From NCBI GenBank assembly GCA_025965275.1, contig JAOPXG010000405.1:1-51783 (forward strand): a stretch of 51,783 nucleotides of DNA, in the 5' to 3' direction. Under the pieces are notes generated by a model. That model ran no database searches, was not told the origin of the DNA, and saw only the letters and a program-made list of their open reading frames with translations. This stretch comes from Nocardioides sp. Its GTDB lineage: Bacteria; Actinomycetota; Actinomycetes; Propionibacteriales; Nocardioidaceae. Position numbers and translations under genes: made by a program. Each line of letters begins with the position of its first letter. The first letter of the stretch is position 1. This document shows, in pieces, positions 7,245 through 17,149 of the stretch.

Positions 7245-10190
7245 GTGCGCAGATGGTGGGCGAAGCTTCGCCGTCGGGGAGGTGCCGCGGCGGCTGCGGC
7301 CGTCCTCGGTCTGACTGCTTCGGTGGGTGCGGTCGCTGTCGCGGCGGGATCAGACGAGGCTCCTACGTCTGTGACGGTGCAGGAGGTGATGGACTCGTCG
7401 TCCAGCGTGCTGTCTGCTGCCGGCACCTTGGAGGTGGACCAGGTCAGCGACCAGTACGCCAACGAGTTCGACTCGACGACCGACGGTGTAAAGGCCGAGA
7501 GCGGGCGCGACTGGATGTGGGCGATCGCCTTGGTCGGGTCCTTCTACGGGGGTCTAGCGCTGCTGACCTTCGGTGTTGCCGGCGCCTTCCGCACCGAGTG
7601 GATGCGGCGGGCTGCGCTGGGGGCGATCGGCAGTGCCCTGGCCGCGTTCGTGGTATGGCTCGTCGCCCGAGCGCTGTTGGCCCAGATCGCTGACCTGGAC
7701 GCGTCGCGCCGCTTCGTCGCAGCGGTGGCCGGTTCCCTGTGGTGGGGGCAGCTGCTCATGACGATCCTGACCCTCGCCGTCATCGTCGCCGGCATGGCGT
7801 CGCTGGCGCTGCGGCCGAGTGTCAGGGCCGTGCTTCAGACCGTCGACGTGCCCCGGGCCGAAGGCGCGCCGAGCCCCCCGCTCAAGCTGGCCGGCGGCCG
7901 GACCTACGGGCTCGGGCTGGCGTTCTCCGGAGGCGGGGTTCGGGCGGCGTCGATGAGTCTGGGGGCGCTGCAGGTGCTCGAAACCGCGGACATGGGGTGG
8001 GACACCGCTTCCCGCGTCGCCGCGGTCTCGGGCGGCTCCTACATGGCGGGCGGGTGGAGCCTGGCGCGCGCGTACAAGCCCACCGCGCCGCAGGCGCCCG
8101 GACTGCCGCGGCCCTGGGCGAAGAAGGGAGACCAGCCCAGCCCCGAGGAACAGCATCTGATGGCCAACCTCGGCTACCTGCTCGCCACCACCCCGCGCGG
8201 CGTCGAGGAGGGCCACGAGGTCGACGCGGTGTCCGCCGCCCGAGCACGTCGCGCCGCCCGATTCCCCACCGCATTCGCGACCGTCTTGACCGGCATGCTG
8301 ATCAACGGCGTAGTGCTGTTCGCCATGCTGTGGGTGATCACCCAGCCCTGGGGATGGCTCTACCGCGCCTACTACGGCGGGCTGTGCAACTGGCCGAGCG
8401 GCGAACTCGACTACTCGACGGGGCACACCTGCCTACGGTCGTCGGCGACCTGGTGGCCCGGACTGGCCTGGGTGGCGATCGGCGTCGCCTTCGTCGTTGC
8501 CTGGGTGTTCGCCGCGAAGGACGCCGAACTGCGCGGCCGGGACGGCCCCCGCGCGTACGTCGGCGGGCTGAAGTACGCCGGGTACGGCAGCATCGCGCTC
8601 GGCGCGACGCTCCTGGTCCTCCTCGGCGCCCTGCCCGTGCTGATCACGCTGCTGTGGCAGCCGAACCTGCTGCAAGCGAACCTCGTCGCAGCTCTCGGCG
8701 CGCTCGGGTCGGCGACCGCGGTCGTGCGGATCCTGCGGCGGCCCCTGGCCCGGTTCGCGCCCATCGTCGGCGGCACCGTCTTCGCCGCGCTAGTGGTCTA
8801 CGTCGGATGCCGCTGCCTGCTCCACGGCATGAAGCACGGCACGAGCTGGCCGGCGCTGCTCGTGCCCGCCGCGTTTCTCGTGCTCGTCCAAGTGTTCTCC
8901 AGCCCCGAGTGGTGGTCACTGGCCGCCTACTACCGCGGGAAGCTCCGCCTGGCCTTCGCCACCTACCGACCCGGCGACGGTCGGGTCGCCGTAGCCTACG
9001 CGAACGGGAGCATCCAGAGCTCCCAATCGGATCGCCTTCCCGAACCGTCACTGGCCGACCTGGAAACCCGCGACGCTGACCCCGAGTACGGAACCCCGCT
9101 GACCGTGTGCACGACCGCCTCGGTGTCAGGCCGACGGATCCGAACCCACCACGGGATCCCGGCGATGAGCGTCACCTTCAACCCGCACGAGGTGGCTGTC
9201 CACTTCCCCAGCGGAGAGCCGGGCATCGCGCGCCGCTACGCGGTCGACACCGCGACCCTGCAGGATGTGATGCCCAAGCACAGCCCGCGGATCACGACCA
9301 TGCTCAGCGTCGGGCTGTCCGGCGCCGCGGTCTCCCCCGCCATGGGCCGGTTCCGCGTCGGCCCGGTGAGCATGCTGCTCACCTTCGCCAACATCCGGCT
9401 GGGCATGTGGATCCCCAACCCGCGATACGCCCAGGCGATCGCGGCCCGCGGAGTCAGGCTGCCGCAACCACGCCTGGGCTACCTGCTGAAGGAGTTCTTT
9501 GGCTTCCACGACCCCACCGACCTCTACCTGTACATCACCGACGGTGGCCACTGGGAGAACACCGGCCTGGTCGAGCTGCTTCGCACCGCCGACTGCCGGG
9601 AGCTGGTGTGCATCGACGCCGACGCCGGGCCGGGCAACTTGGCCTCGTCGATCTCCAAGGCGATCGACCTCGCGTGGCTCGAATGCGGCTGCCACATCTC
9701 GATGGACCTCGACTCGCTGCGATCCGACGTCGTCGTCTCGCCCGGGCGCGACTACTCGCCGCGGTCGGTGAATCTAGGTCTGGTGCTGCGTGACGACCGC
9801 GGCGAGCTCGCGATCAGCGTGCTCTGGTACGCCAAACCTGCCCTGACCCGCGAGATGCCGTTGCGGCTGCTGAGCTACCGCGAGGTCGACCACACCTTCC
9901 CCCGGGTGACAACCCTGAACCAGTTCTTCCACCTCGCCCAGTACACCGCCTACCGAGACCTCGGCCGCTTCAACGCCCGCCAACTCGTCGAGGCCCGCGA
10001 AGCCCTGCGGGACGCCGTCGAAGAATCCGACGACTTCGACACCCTTGCCGCACACGCCAGCTCCCACTGGGCCGTCGGCGAACTGGTCCGACTGATTCAA
10101 GACGCCGCTCATCGCCGAGAAGACCTCGACGTGGATGGGATCTACGCACGGATCAGCAGCGTCTACCCCACCGTTGCGCCGGCCAACTGA
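7245..10190 (+). CDS. Large multi-pass membrane patatin/cPLA2-like phospholipase (ORF open from 7134; start uncertain)
   Basis: Oxyanion motif FSGGGVRAAS, nucleophile VSGGS, catalytic TDGGHWEN; SGAAVSP, NIRLGMWIPNP; many hydrophobic helices. Confidence 0.8.
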   Translation: MRRWWAKLRRRGGAAAAAAVLGLTASVGAVAVAAGSDEAPTSVTVQEVMDSSSSVLSAAGTLEVDQVSDQYANEFDSTTDGVKAESGRDWMWAIALVGSFYGGLALLTFGVAGAFRTEWMRRAALGAIGSALAAFVVWLVARALLAQIADLDASRRFVAAVAGSLWWGQLLMTILTLAVIVAGMASLALRPSVRAVLQTVDVPRAEGAPSPPLKLAGGRTYGLGLAFSGGGVRAASMSLGALQVLETADMGWDTASRVAAVSGGSYMAGGWSLARAYKPTAPQAPGLPRPWAKKGDQPSPEEQHLMANLGYLLATTPRGVEEGHEVDAVSAARARRAARFPTAFATVLTGMLINGVVLFAMLWVITQPWGWLYRAYYGGLCNWPSGELDYSTGHTCLRSSATWWPGLAWVAIGVAFVVAWVFAAKDAELRGRDGPRAYVGGLKYAGYGSIALGATLLVLLGALPVLITLLWQPNLLQANLVAALGALGSATAVVRILRRPLARFAPIVGGTVFAALVVYVGCRCLLHGMKHGTSWPALLVPAAFLVLVQVFSSPEWWSLAAYYRGKLRLAFATYRPGDGRVAVAYANGSIQSSQSDRLPEPSLADLETRDADPEYGTPLTVCTTASVSGRRIRTHHGIPAMSVTFNPHEVAVHFPSGEPGIARRYAVDTATLQDVMPKHSPRITTMLSVGLSGAAVSPAMGRFRVGPVSMLLTFANIRLGMWIPNPRYAQAIAARGVRLPQPRLGYLLKEFFGFHDPTDLYLYITDGGHWENTGLVELLRTADCRELVCIDADAGPGNLASSISKAIDLAWLECGCHISMDLDSLRSDVVVSPGRDYSPRSVNLGLVLRDDRGELAISVLWYAKPALTREMPLRLLSYREVDHTFPRVTTLNQFFHLAQYTAYRDLGRFNARQLVEAREALRDAVEESDDFDTLAAHASSHWAVGELVRLIQDAAHRREDLDVDGIYARISSVYPTVAPAN

Positions 10191-10379
10191 ATCCGCCATG
10201 ACGTAGGAGTGCTCCCGAGGACAACCTGTCCCGGTGGGCATGCGACGGTGCGTACGAACCGCTGCAGCATCGGTCATCGGCAACACCTGGCTCGTCCACC
10301 GGCGGCGTGGCGGGCCGTGGTTGTTCCGACACCCCACCTGCGCGGGTTGTGCACATATGGCCGATCGGCATCCAGGTCC

Positions 10380-10944
10380 CACGGAGTCGGCTCGAACGCG
10401 ACCTCCACGACGGAGCGCAGCAGCGCCTGGTGGCGCTCGGTATGGCACTGCGGCTCCCTCAGCGCCGTGCCGCCCGGGGCATCGAGGTGACAGGCGTGAT
10501 CGACAACGCAGTGGCCGAGCTGGCGACCGCGGTCAGCGAGCTGCGTCACCTGGCCCACGGGATCCGTCCCAGCTGCCTGGACGACGGCCTCGTGCCAGCG
10601 CTGTCCCAGCTGGTCGGTTCCACCCCCACACCCATCGACCTGCGTGTGACCGACCACCCGCTGGACCCGGATCTGGAGACGACCGCCTACTTCGTAGCCG
10701 CGGAGGCCATCACCAACGCGATCAAGCACGCCGAGGCAGCCCGGATCACCCTCGAGGTCGATGTCGTCGAGAGCCGTCTCACGTCCGCGTCACCGACGAC
10801 GGGTGCAGGCAGGCCACCATCCGGGGAGGATCCGGCCTTGCCGGGCTCGCAGACCGCATCGGGGCCCACGGCGGCCGCCTGACCGTCGACAGCAGACTGG
10901 GTCGCGGCACCGTGATCGAGGCGATCCTGCCATGCGCCTCGTGA
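10380..10944 (+). pseudogene. Truncated and frameshifted HisKA_3-type sensor histidine kinase
   Basis: RLERDLHDGAQQRL H-box and EAITNAIKHA in one frame; HVRVTDDG...GSGLAGLADRI...GRGTVIEAILP in another (shift near 10780); no sensor or TM region upstream. Confidence 0.85.
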
Positions 10945-11573
10945 TCGGCGAGGACTCCGTCCTCTTTCGCGAGGGCCTCGCCAGCCTGCTCGCCGACGCC
11001 GGACACGAGATCGTGGACCGAGCCGGCGACGCGCCCGGTCTGGTCGACGCCGTACGCCGGCATCGACCCGACCTCGCCATCATCGACGTCCGGATGCCAC
11101 CCGACCTCACCGACGACGGAGCACGCGCAGCCAAGCAGTTGCGACACGAGATCCCCGACCTGGCCATCGTCCTGCTCTCCCAGCACATCGAGACCACCCA
11201 GTCCGTCGAGCTCGTCACCAGCGGCGGATTCGGCTATCTCCTCAAGGACCGGATCCTCGACGTCGACGACTTCCTCGACGTCCTCCGTCGAGTCGCCGCC
11301 GGCGGATCAGCCCTCGATCCCGAGGTCGTCGCCCGCCTCATCGGGGCCCGAGGCGACGGGCCCCTGCGCGACCTGACAACCCGCGAGCGCGAGGTGTTGA
11401 CCCTGATGGCAGAGGGCCACACCAACACCGGTATCGCCAAACGGCTCTGGATCAGCGACCGCACCGTGGAGACCCACGTAGCAAACATCCTCATCAAACT
11501 CGGCCTGGACCAGGTCGACGAAGGGCATCGCAGAGTCCTCGCCGTGCTCACCTACCTGGAAGCACACCGCTAG
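10932..11573 (+). CDS. NarL/LuxR-family response regulator
   Basis: MRLVIGEDS, DVRMPP, GYLLKD, LTTREREVLTLMAEGHTN...TVETHVANI. Confidence 0.93.
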   Translation: MRLVIGEDSVLFREGLASLLADAGHEIVDRAGDAPGLVDAVRRHRPDLAIIDVRMPPDLTDDGARAAKQLRHEIPDLAIVLLSQHIETTQSVELVTSGGFGYLLKDRILDVDDFLDVLRRVAAGGSALDPEVVARLIGARGDGPLRDLTTREREVLTLMAEGHTNTGIAKRLWISDRTVETHVANILIKLGLDQVDEGHRRVLAVLTYLEAHR

Positions 11574-11989
11574 ACAGCCGATGAACTCCGACGCGAGAAC
11601 AACCCCCTCACCGCGGTGAGGTAACTCGACCTGGGCTGCTCGCGATACGGCGCGCCCCAGAATCAGTGCGGCAGCCACATGGCGGTGAGCGGACGCCTTG
11701 TTCCAGGCGGACGCCACCCGATCTGCGTGACCCGCGATTGAGACCCGCCCAAGGGTGACGCTTGCACCCAGCGGCACCGAAATGCAGACCGCCACCCTGA
11801 CCGGGGCTTACCCGGCCGGGCGGCGGTGTGGTGGTGCTCGCTGGCCCGTCAGCCGCCTCTCGGCGAATGGCCGCTCGTAGCAGCAGAAGCTGAGGCCCGG
11901 GGGCATGAGTCGAACCAGCTGACAGGCCCAACCACGCGGGTCCATCACCGATTCCAGTCGTGGATGTGCGCCCGGTCACCCGCCGTCCG

Positions 11990-12132
11990 CTCCGGCCTAC
12001 GGCCACGCCCACCGACCGGCCCGGCGTGTCGGACGAGGTCGGCGAGTTGCCGGTCCCGATCCGCTCGCGCGCGAGGTCGTCGAGTCAGATGGAGACTCCT
12101 GCGTCCGAGCGCTGCGCGAGGCGGTCGGTCAT
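11990..12132 (-). pseudogene. tal: Transaldolase 5' relic (not in the ORF track)
   Basis: AGGAGAAACC-ATG at 12132 then MTDRLAQRSDAGVSI*LDDLARERIGTGN, frameshift, LADLV; matches the actinobacterial Tal N-terminus GVSIWLDDLSRERI. Confidence 0.8.
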
Positions 12133-12222
12133 GGTTTCTCCTGGAACGTCTGGCTTGATCGTGCGTACCCGCCGGTGGCGTTGGGCCCGGCGTTGTCGCC
12201 GCGCTGTTCGGCGAGCGGCCTG

Positions 12223-12978
12223 CTAGGTGGGAAGGTTGGTCAGGTTCGACCTGGGAGTCGATGGCGGCGTCGACCGCGGTGTCGACGTAGGCGGGTTGGG
12301 CAGCAGCACGCCCGAGACCAGCACGTCGGCGCTGTCGCGGCTTGCGGCGATGAGCTTGGCATTCGGTTCGTCGACCTCGGCCACCCATGCCTCAGCGTGG
12401 CTGGGGGCCTTTCCGAACTGGATGTGGCGGCGCACGAGCCGAGACCGGCGGACCTCGTCGTCGGCGTCGAGGAACCAGACCTCGTCGAGCTCGGCTCGCA
12501 CGTGCCCCCAGTCCTCGTCGTCGAGGAGCAGGTAGTTGCCTTCGGTGAGGACCAGTTCGCAGTGCGGCAACACCGGGATGGTTCCGGCCACTGGCTGTTC
12601 GATGTCCCTGTCGAAGGCGGGTGCGTACACCGTCTCGCCGGTGCCGCACGTGGAGTGGATGCGGTGCAGCAATGTGGCGTATCCATTGGCGTCGAAGGTG
12701 TCCGGGGCGCCTTTCCGGTCTCGGCGGCCGAGGCGTTCCAGCTCGACGTCTGCGAGGTGGAATCCGTCCATTGGAACGTGGGCGAGCCAGCCGTCGGTCT
12801 TGTCACTAGTGGCCGCCAGTGCCTGGATGACCGCCTCGACCAGGGTCGTCTTCCCTGCCCCCGGGGTTCCGACGACGCCGATGATGCGACGCTCCCCGGC
12901 GGCCAGGCGTCCCCGGGCGCGCTCCAGTAGCTCGGAGAACGTCGTCATCACAGGCACGCCGCCAGGTGCGTAGCTCAT
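12223..12978 (-). CDS. P-loop kinase, FrcK/YggC (pantothenate/uridine-kinase-like) family
   Basis: GTPGAGKTT, VPMDGFH, RKGAPDTFD, TEGNYLL; ATG overlaps the epimerase stop (ATGA). Confidence 0.85.
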   Translation of the reverse strand: MSYAPGGVPVMTTFSELLERARGRLAAGERRIIGVVGTPGAGKTTLVEAVIQALAATSDKTDGWLAHVPMDGFHLADVELERLGRRDRKGAPDTFDANGYATLLHRIHSTCGTGETVYAPAFDRDIEQPVAGTIPVLPHCELVLTEGNYLLLDDEDWGHVRAELDEVWFLDADDEVRRSRLVRRHIQFGKAPSHAEAWVAEVDEPNAKLIAASRDSADVLVSGVLLPNPPTSTPRSTPPSTPRSNLTNLPT

Positions 12979-13886
12979 CGGCGCCACGCCGCCGCCAGGC
13001 CGGTCGCGATGTAGGTGCGCGCATGCGAGGCGAGGTCGTACCCGTCGTCCCACAGGTTCCGCCAGATCGCCAGGTCGTTGGACAGACCGGGAGCAACCAC
13101 TGCCGACGAGAACGACTCGAACGTGATAGGGCCGGTGTACCCGATGTCGGCCAGGGCGTGGAAGAAGCCAGTGAGGTCGAGGTGGCCCGAGCCGAGGTAC
13201 CCGCGGTGGTTCTCGCCGATATGCACGTATCCCAGCCGCGACCCGACGTCGTAGACGGGCCGAACGAGGTCGTCCTCCTCGATGTTCATGTGGTACGTGT
13301 CGAGGTGAATGCTGACGTTGTCCTCGCCGATGTCGTCGGCCAACCTGAGGGCGTCATGAGCGGTGTTGATGACGTTTGTCTCGTATCGGTTGCAAATCTC
13401 CAGACCTAGTGTCATCTGCTTGGCCTGGGCCTCCTTGGCCAGGTCGCGGAGCACGGTGACTACGTTGTGACGACCGGCCGCCGTCAACGGGTGCCCGTAC
13501 TTGCCGAGCGCGCTGTAGAGCGCGCCCGTGAAGTGGCTGCCACCGAGCCCATCGGTGACCTCGAGGGATTCGTGCAACAGGGCAGCGCCCCGCTCGACGA
13601 CGGCGAGGTCGTCACTGGAGACGTCGGCGTCGAACGCCAGGCCCCTCGAGCAGACGACCTTCAGCCCGGCTTCGGCGAGCTCGGCCCGAGCCCGTGGCAC
13701 GTCGAGGTTCACCGAGTCGTGCAGCGACAGTTCGAGGAGGTCGAAACCGGCCTCGGCGGTCTGGCCGATGGCCTCGCTGACCGAGGCCGGCGATGTGTCG
13801 CCGACCCACACGAGGGCGTGGACGCCCAGCGGGTTCGGCACGCCTCCACGGGGGGCGACATCCGGGGTCTGGGTGGTGGTGCTCAC
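12975..13886 (-). CDS. Ketose 3-epimerase (D-allulose/D-tagatose/L-ribulose 3-epimerase family)
   Basis: GVHALVW, GALYSALGKY, LEICNRYETN, HLDTYHMNIEE, YVHIGENHRGYLGSG, ITFESFS, LAIWRN; the E/D/H/E metal ligands are present. Confidence 0.88.
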   Translation of the reverse strand: MSTTTQTPDVAPRGGVPNPLGVHALVWVGDTSPASVSEAIGQTAEAGFDLLELSLHDSVNLDVPRARAELAEAGLKVVCSRGLAFDADVSSDDLAVVERGAALLHESLEVTDGLGGSHFTGALYSALGKYGHPLTAAGRHNVVTVLRDLAKEAQAKQMTLGLEICNRYETNVINTAHDALRLADDIGEDNVSIHLDTYHMNIEEDDLVRPVYDVGSRLGYVHIGENHRGYLGSGHLDLTGFFHALADIGYTGPITFESFSSAVVAPGLSNDLAIWRNLWDDGYDLASHARTYIATGLAAAWRR

Positions 13887-14023
13887 GATTCTCTTCCTTC
13901 GCAGGTTGGGTCCGTTCCACACCGGTTCCCGGGGACGGAGAAGACCGGGCGGGACGGTGGGGCGGCAGGGTGGGTAGGGCAGGTCCCCGACCCGCGCGAC
14001 TGGGCCGGGCCGGGGAGCCGGGG

Positions 14024-14806
14024 TCAGGCTGCTTTGGCGCCGGTGATGAGTGCGACGATCTCTTCGCCGTCGGTCTCGGCGGTCCGGCGACCGGCCACGC
14101 ATCGGCCAGCACGCATCACCCACACCTGGTCGCTCAGGCGCAGCACCTGGGCGAAGTTGTGGCTGATGAGCAGCACGGCACGGCCCTCGGACTTCAGCCG
14201 GATGATGAGCTCCTCGACGCGAGCGGTCTCCTGGACACCCAGCGCCGCGGTGGGCTCATCCATGATGACCAGCTTGGAGCTGAAGCCCGCGGCTCGGCAG
14301 ATCGCGACGGCCTGGCGCTGGCCGCCGGACAGGCGCCGCACCCGCGAGCTCACCGCCGGCACGTTGACTGCGAGGGTTGAGACCATCTCCTGGGCCCCCT
14401 TGCGCATCGCGCGCCGGTCGAGCAGACCGAGGGGTCCGACGCCGCGGACGATCTCCCGGTTCAGGTAGAGGTTCTGCCAGACCGTGAGGTCGTCGACAAG
14501 GGCGAGGTTCTGGTGGACGGTCTCGATGCCCGCCTCGCGAGCTTGCTCGGGGTTGTGGAACGACACCGGAGAACCGTTGTAATGGATCACTCCGGAGTCG
14601 GCCTTGTGGATGCCTGAGATGCACCTGACGACGGTGGATTTTCCGGCCCCGTTGTCGCCGACGACGGCGGTGACCTCGCCGGGCCGCAGTTGGAGGCTGA
14701 CGTCCTTGAGCGCCTGGACGTTGCCGAAGGCCAGGGACAGATCCCGCACCTCGATGATGGGCGTGCCAGTGGTGCTACTGGCCGGACTGTTGGCCTGGGT
14801 GGTCAT
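14024..14806 (-). CDS. Sugar ABC transporter ATP-binding protein (single domain)
   Basis: GDNGAGKST, LSGGQRQ, IMDEPTAALG, ISH. Confidence 0.95.
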   Translation of the reverse strand: MTTQANSPASSTTGTPIIEVRDLSLAFGNVQALKDVSLQLRPGEVTAVVGDNGAGKSTVVRCISGIHKADSGVIHYNGSPVSFHNPEQAREAGIETVHQNLALVDDLTVWQNLYLNREIVRGVGPLGLLDRRAMRKGAQEMVSTLAVNVPAVSSRVRRLSGGQRQAVAICRAAGFSSKLVIMDEPTAALGVQETARVEELIIRLKSEGRAVLLISHNFAQVLRLSDQVWVMRAGRCVAGRRTAETDGEEIVALITGAKAA

Positions 14807-15885
14807 TTCTGGAACCTCGTGATCAGGGCGGCGAGGATGACGACTCCGCCGACTGCGACGGGCTGGTAGAACTCGGAGACTCCGAGCAGCGTGAGTCCGT
14901 TTGCCAGGGCGGTCAGCAACAGTGCGCCGAGGACCGGGCCGACGATCGTGGCTCGGCCGCCGAAGAGGCTGACCCCGCCGAGGACGACAGCCGCCACGGA
15001 GTTGAGGAGGAACTGGGTGTTGGCGGCCGGCTCGGAGGCTCCGATGCGGGCGACCAGCAGGATCGCTCCGATTCCGGCCATGGTGCCGCTGATGGAGTAG
15101 ACGGCGACCTTGATGCGCCCGACGCTGATGCCGGTCGCGGTCGCGGCCTCCTTCGATCCGCCCGCGGCCAGGACGTGGGTGCCGAATCGCGTGTGGAACA
15201 TGACCACGTGGGCGATTACGGCCAGGACGGCGGCGACGACGACGGGCCAACCGATGCGGCCGATCCCGCCGGTGGACAGTCGGAGCAGGAAGGTGTCGAA
15301 GATGGTGGTGGGCTGTCCGTCCGAGACCACGAGCGCGACACCAGCTGCCGCTGAGAGTGTGCCGAGGGTGACGATGAAGTCGGTGATGCCCGCGACGCCG
15401 ATGAGGAGTCCGTTGACAACGCCGACCGCGGCGCTGCCGAGCACAGCGAACACGCAGCACAACCAGATGGGCTGCCCATTGCCGAACGCAGACCCGAAGC
15501 TGACCGCGCCCAGGGTCATCGCCGACGCGATGGACAGATCGATGCCGGCCGTGGAGATGACGAAGGTCTGGCCGAGTGACAGCACGACCAGGATGGAGGC
15601 CGCGACCAGCATCGCCTGGATGTTATTGGTGCTCAGGAAGGTCGTGTTGCCGATCTGGAAGACGACGCAGAGCGCGACTAGGCCGATCAGGGCGGCCCAG
15701 TCGGCCCAGAAGGACGGGTCCGTGACCTTGTGGGTCCAACTTGGGGACGATCCACCATGCACTGCCCCGGCGGTCGAACCCGACGATTCGGTGACCGTGG
15801 TCGAGCTGCTGCTTCTGTTGGTCGTCATGTGCTCGGCCGCTGGCTCGTGGGAGCCCGCGGGCGGGGTCGGTGTCTGCTGGGTCAC
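14803..15885 (-). CDS. Sugar ABC transporter permease (RbsC-like)
   Basis: GQTFVISTAGIDLS, FIVTLGT, TRFG, AAVVLGGVSLFGG. Confidence 0.95.
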   Translation of the reverse strand: MTQQTPTPPAGSHEPAAEHMTTNRSSSSTTVTESSGSTAGAVHGGSSPSWTHKVTDPSFWADWAALIGLVALCVVFQIGNTTFLSTNNIQAMLVAASILVVLSLGQTFVISTAGIDLSIASAMTLGAVSFGSAFGNGQPIWLCCVFAVLGSAAVGVVNGLLIGVAGITDFIVTLGTLSAAAGVALVVSDGQPTTIFDTFLLRLSTGGIGRIGWPVVVAAVLAVIAHVVMFHTRFGTHVLAAGGSKEAATATGISVGRIKVAVYSISGTMAGIGAILLVARIGASEPAANTQFLLNSVAAVVLGGVSLFGGRATIVGPVLGALLLTALANGLTLLGVSEFYQPVAVGGVVILAALITRFQK

Positions 15886-15901
15886 GGTTCAGTCCTCCAT
15901 G

Positions 15902-15948
15902 GGAGCCGAGTCGGCCGGGGTACAGGGGAAGTCCCCGGGGCGGGCTCA
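15902..15948 (-). terminator. Stem-loop after the binding-protein gene (stabiliser or attenuator)
   Basis: Imperfect inverted repeat gagcc..ccgggg / ccccgg..ggctc between SBP and permease genes. Confidence 0.35.
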
Positions 15949-15953
15949 GGTGG

Positions 15954-17018
15954 CTACTGGTTGATGAGTGCGGCGAACGGGTCGTCGTAGTTGCCGACCG
16001 GCTTGGGGGTCTTCTGCAGCGCCTCGGCGGCGTTGTCCTTGGTGATGAGCTCGACGGGAGCCTTGACGTCTTCCGGCAGCGACTGGCCGGCGACGGCGGC
16101 CTCGCATGCCTCCACGCCCATGGCGCCGATCACGTATGGGTACTGGGCAACCACCGCGGTGATCGAGCCGTCCTGGACGGCCTGCAGGGCGTCCTTGATC
16201 CCGTCGACCGAGATCACGTCGACCTCGCCGGTCTTGTGCGCGTTGGCGATCGCCGTCGCCACGCCAAGGCCCATGTCGTCGTTGGCGACGAAGAAGCCCT
16301 TCAGGTCGGGGTGGGCCTGCAGGAGGGTCTGAGCCTGGGTGAGCGCGTTCTGGCGGTCCCAGTTCGCGGCGACGGTCTGGACGACGTTCCCGGCCGAGCC
16401 GAGGCCCTGCGTGAAGCCCTCAATGCGCGCGTTGCTGGTGGCGTCACCAGAGATGCCGCCGATAATCGCGACGTCGCCGCCTCCGCTACCGAGCAACTCG
16501 GCCATGTGCTTGCCCGCGAGATCGCCGGCCTGCACGTTGTCGGTGCCGATGTAGGTGTCCGGGGTCGCTCCCGCCGCCTTCGCAGCGTCCGCGTCGACCG
16601 GGTTGTCGATGTTGACGATCGGGACGTTCTTCTGAGCCAGCTGCGCCATGCCTTGGACGAGGTTCGTCGCCGAGATCGGGTTCAGCAGGAAGCAGTTGTA
16701 GTCCTGGCCAGCCATCGCGCTGAGCTTGTCGGCCTGGCCTGACGTGTCGGTGATGGACTGCGCGGCCTGGACCGTCGTCGAGACACCATCGGTCTCGGAC
16801 TGATCGTTGATGCCCTGCTCCATGGTCTGGAAGAACGGGTTATCCAGTCCCTTGATGACCGCAGCGACCTTCGCCGAGTCCGAGCTGCCGGACGAGCCGG
16901 ATGAGCCGGATGAGGAGCCTGAGGAGTCCGAGCTGCAGCCGGCCAGCGCCAGTCCGGCGACGGCGACCACGGCCACTGCACTCAGGCTGCGCCGGGACGG
17001 ACGGGTTGGTGTTGGCAT
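15954..17018 (-). CDS. Sugar ABC transporter substrate-binding lipoprotein (RbsB/AlsB-like)
   Basis: Lipobox LAGC, Ser/Gly linker, KGLDNPFF, VNIDN, IGTDN, ANWDR, ANDDMGLG, SVDG. Confidence 0.94.
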   Translation of the reverse strand: MPTPTRPSRRSLSAVAVVAVAGLALAGCSSDSSGSSSGSSGSSGSSDSAKVAAVIKGLDNPFFQTMEQGINDQSETDGVSTTVQAAQSITDTSGQADKLSAMAGQDYNCFLLNPISATNLVQGMAQLAQKNVPIVNIDNPVDADAAKAAGATPDTYIGTDNVQAGDLAGKHMAELLGSGGGDVAIIGGISGDATSNARIEGFTQGLGSAGNVVQTVAANWDRQNALTQAQTLLQAHPDLKGFFVANDDMGLGVATAIANAHKTGEVDVISVDGIKDALQAVQDGSITAVVAQYPYVIGAMGVEACEAAVAGQSLPEDVKAPVELITKDNAAEALQKTPKPVGNYDDPFAALINQ

Positions 17019-17082
17019 GGGGAGCCCTCCTGGTTGGCGGCCCGACCCAGATCGGTCGTGGCTCTCATCACAGTGAAACCCC

Positions 17083-17143
17083 CTTTTTGTCCACCGTCAA
17101 GCAGAAAGAGGCCCTTTTTTACTTGCTTGCCGTCAGATAAGGT
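17083..17143. promoter_or_regulatory. Divergent promoter with two candidate ROK operators
   Basis: AT-rich imperfect palindrome CTTTTTGTCCACCGTCAAGCAGAAAG and an inverted relative ACTTGCTTGCCGTCAGATAAG; TAAGGT lies 6 nt before the ROK ATG. Confidence 0.55.
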
Positions 17144-17149
17144 TCAGCC

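Noticed and set aside
7245-10190. CBASS operon
   Set aside because: No CD-NTase or ancillary cap genes nearby, and the protein is far larger than CapV and membrane-embedded
11574-11985. Long spacer with palindrome CCTCACCGCGGTGAGG near 11606
   Set aside because: Might be a terminator or decayed gene; no identifiable RNA family or coding motif
12240-12300. STPR/STPP-type repeats at the kinase C-terminus and Ser/Gly repeats near 16885-16930
   Set aside because: Low-complexity tails and linkers, not repeat elements
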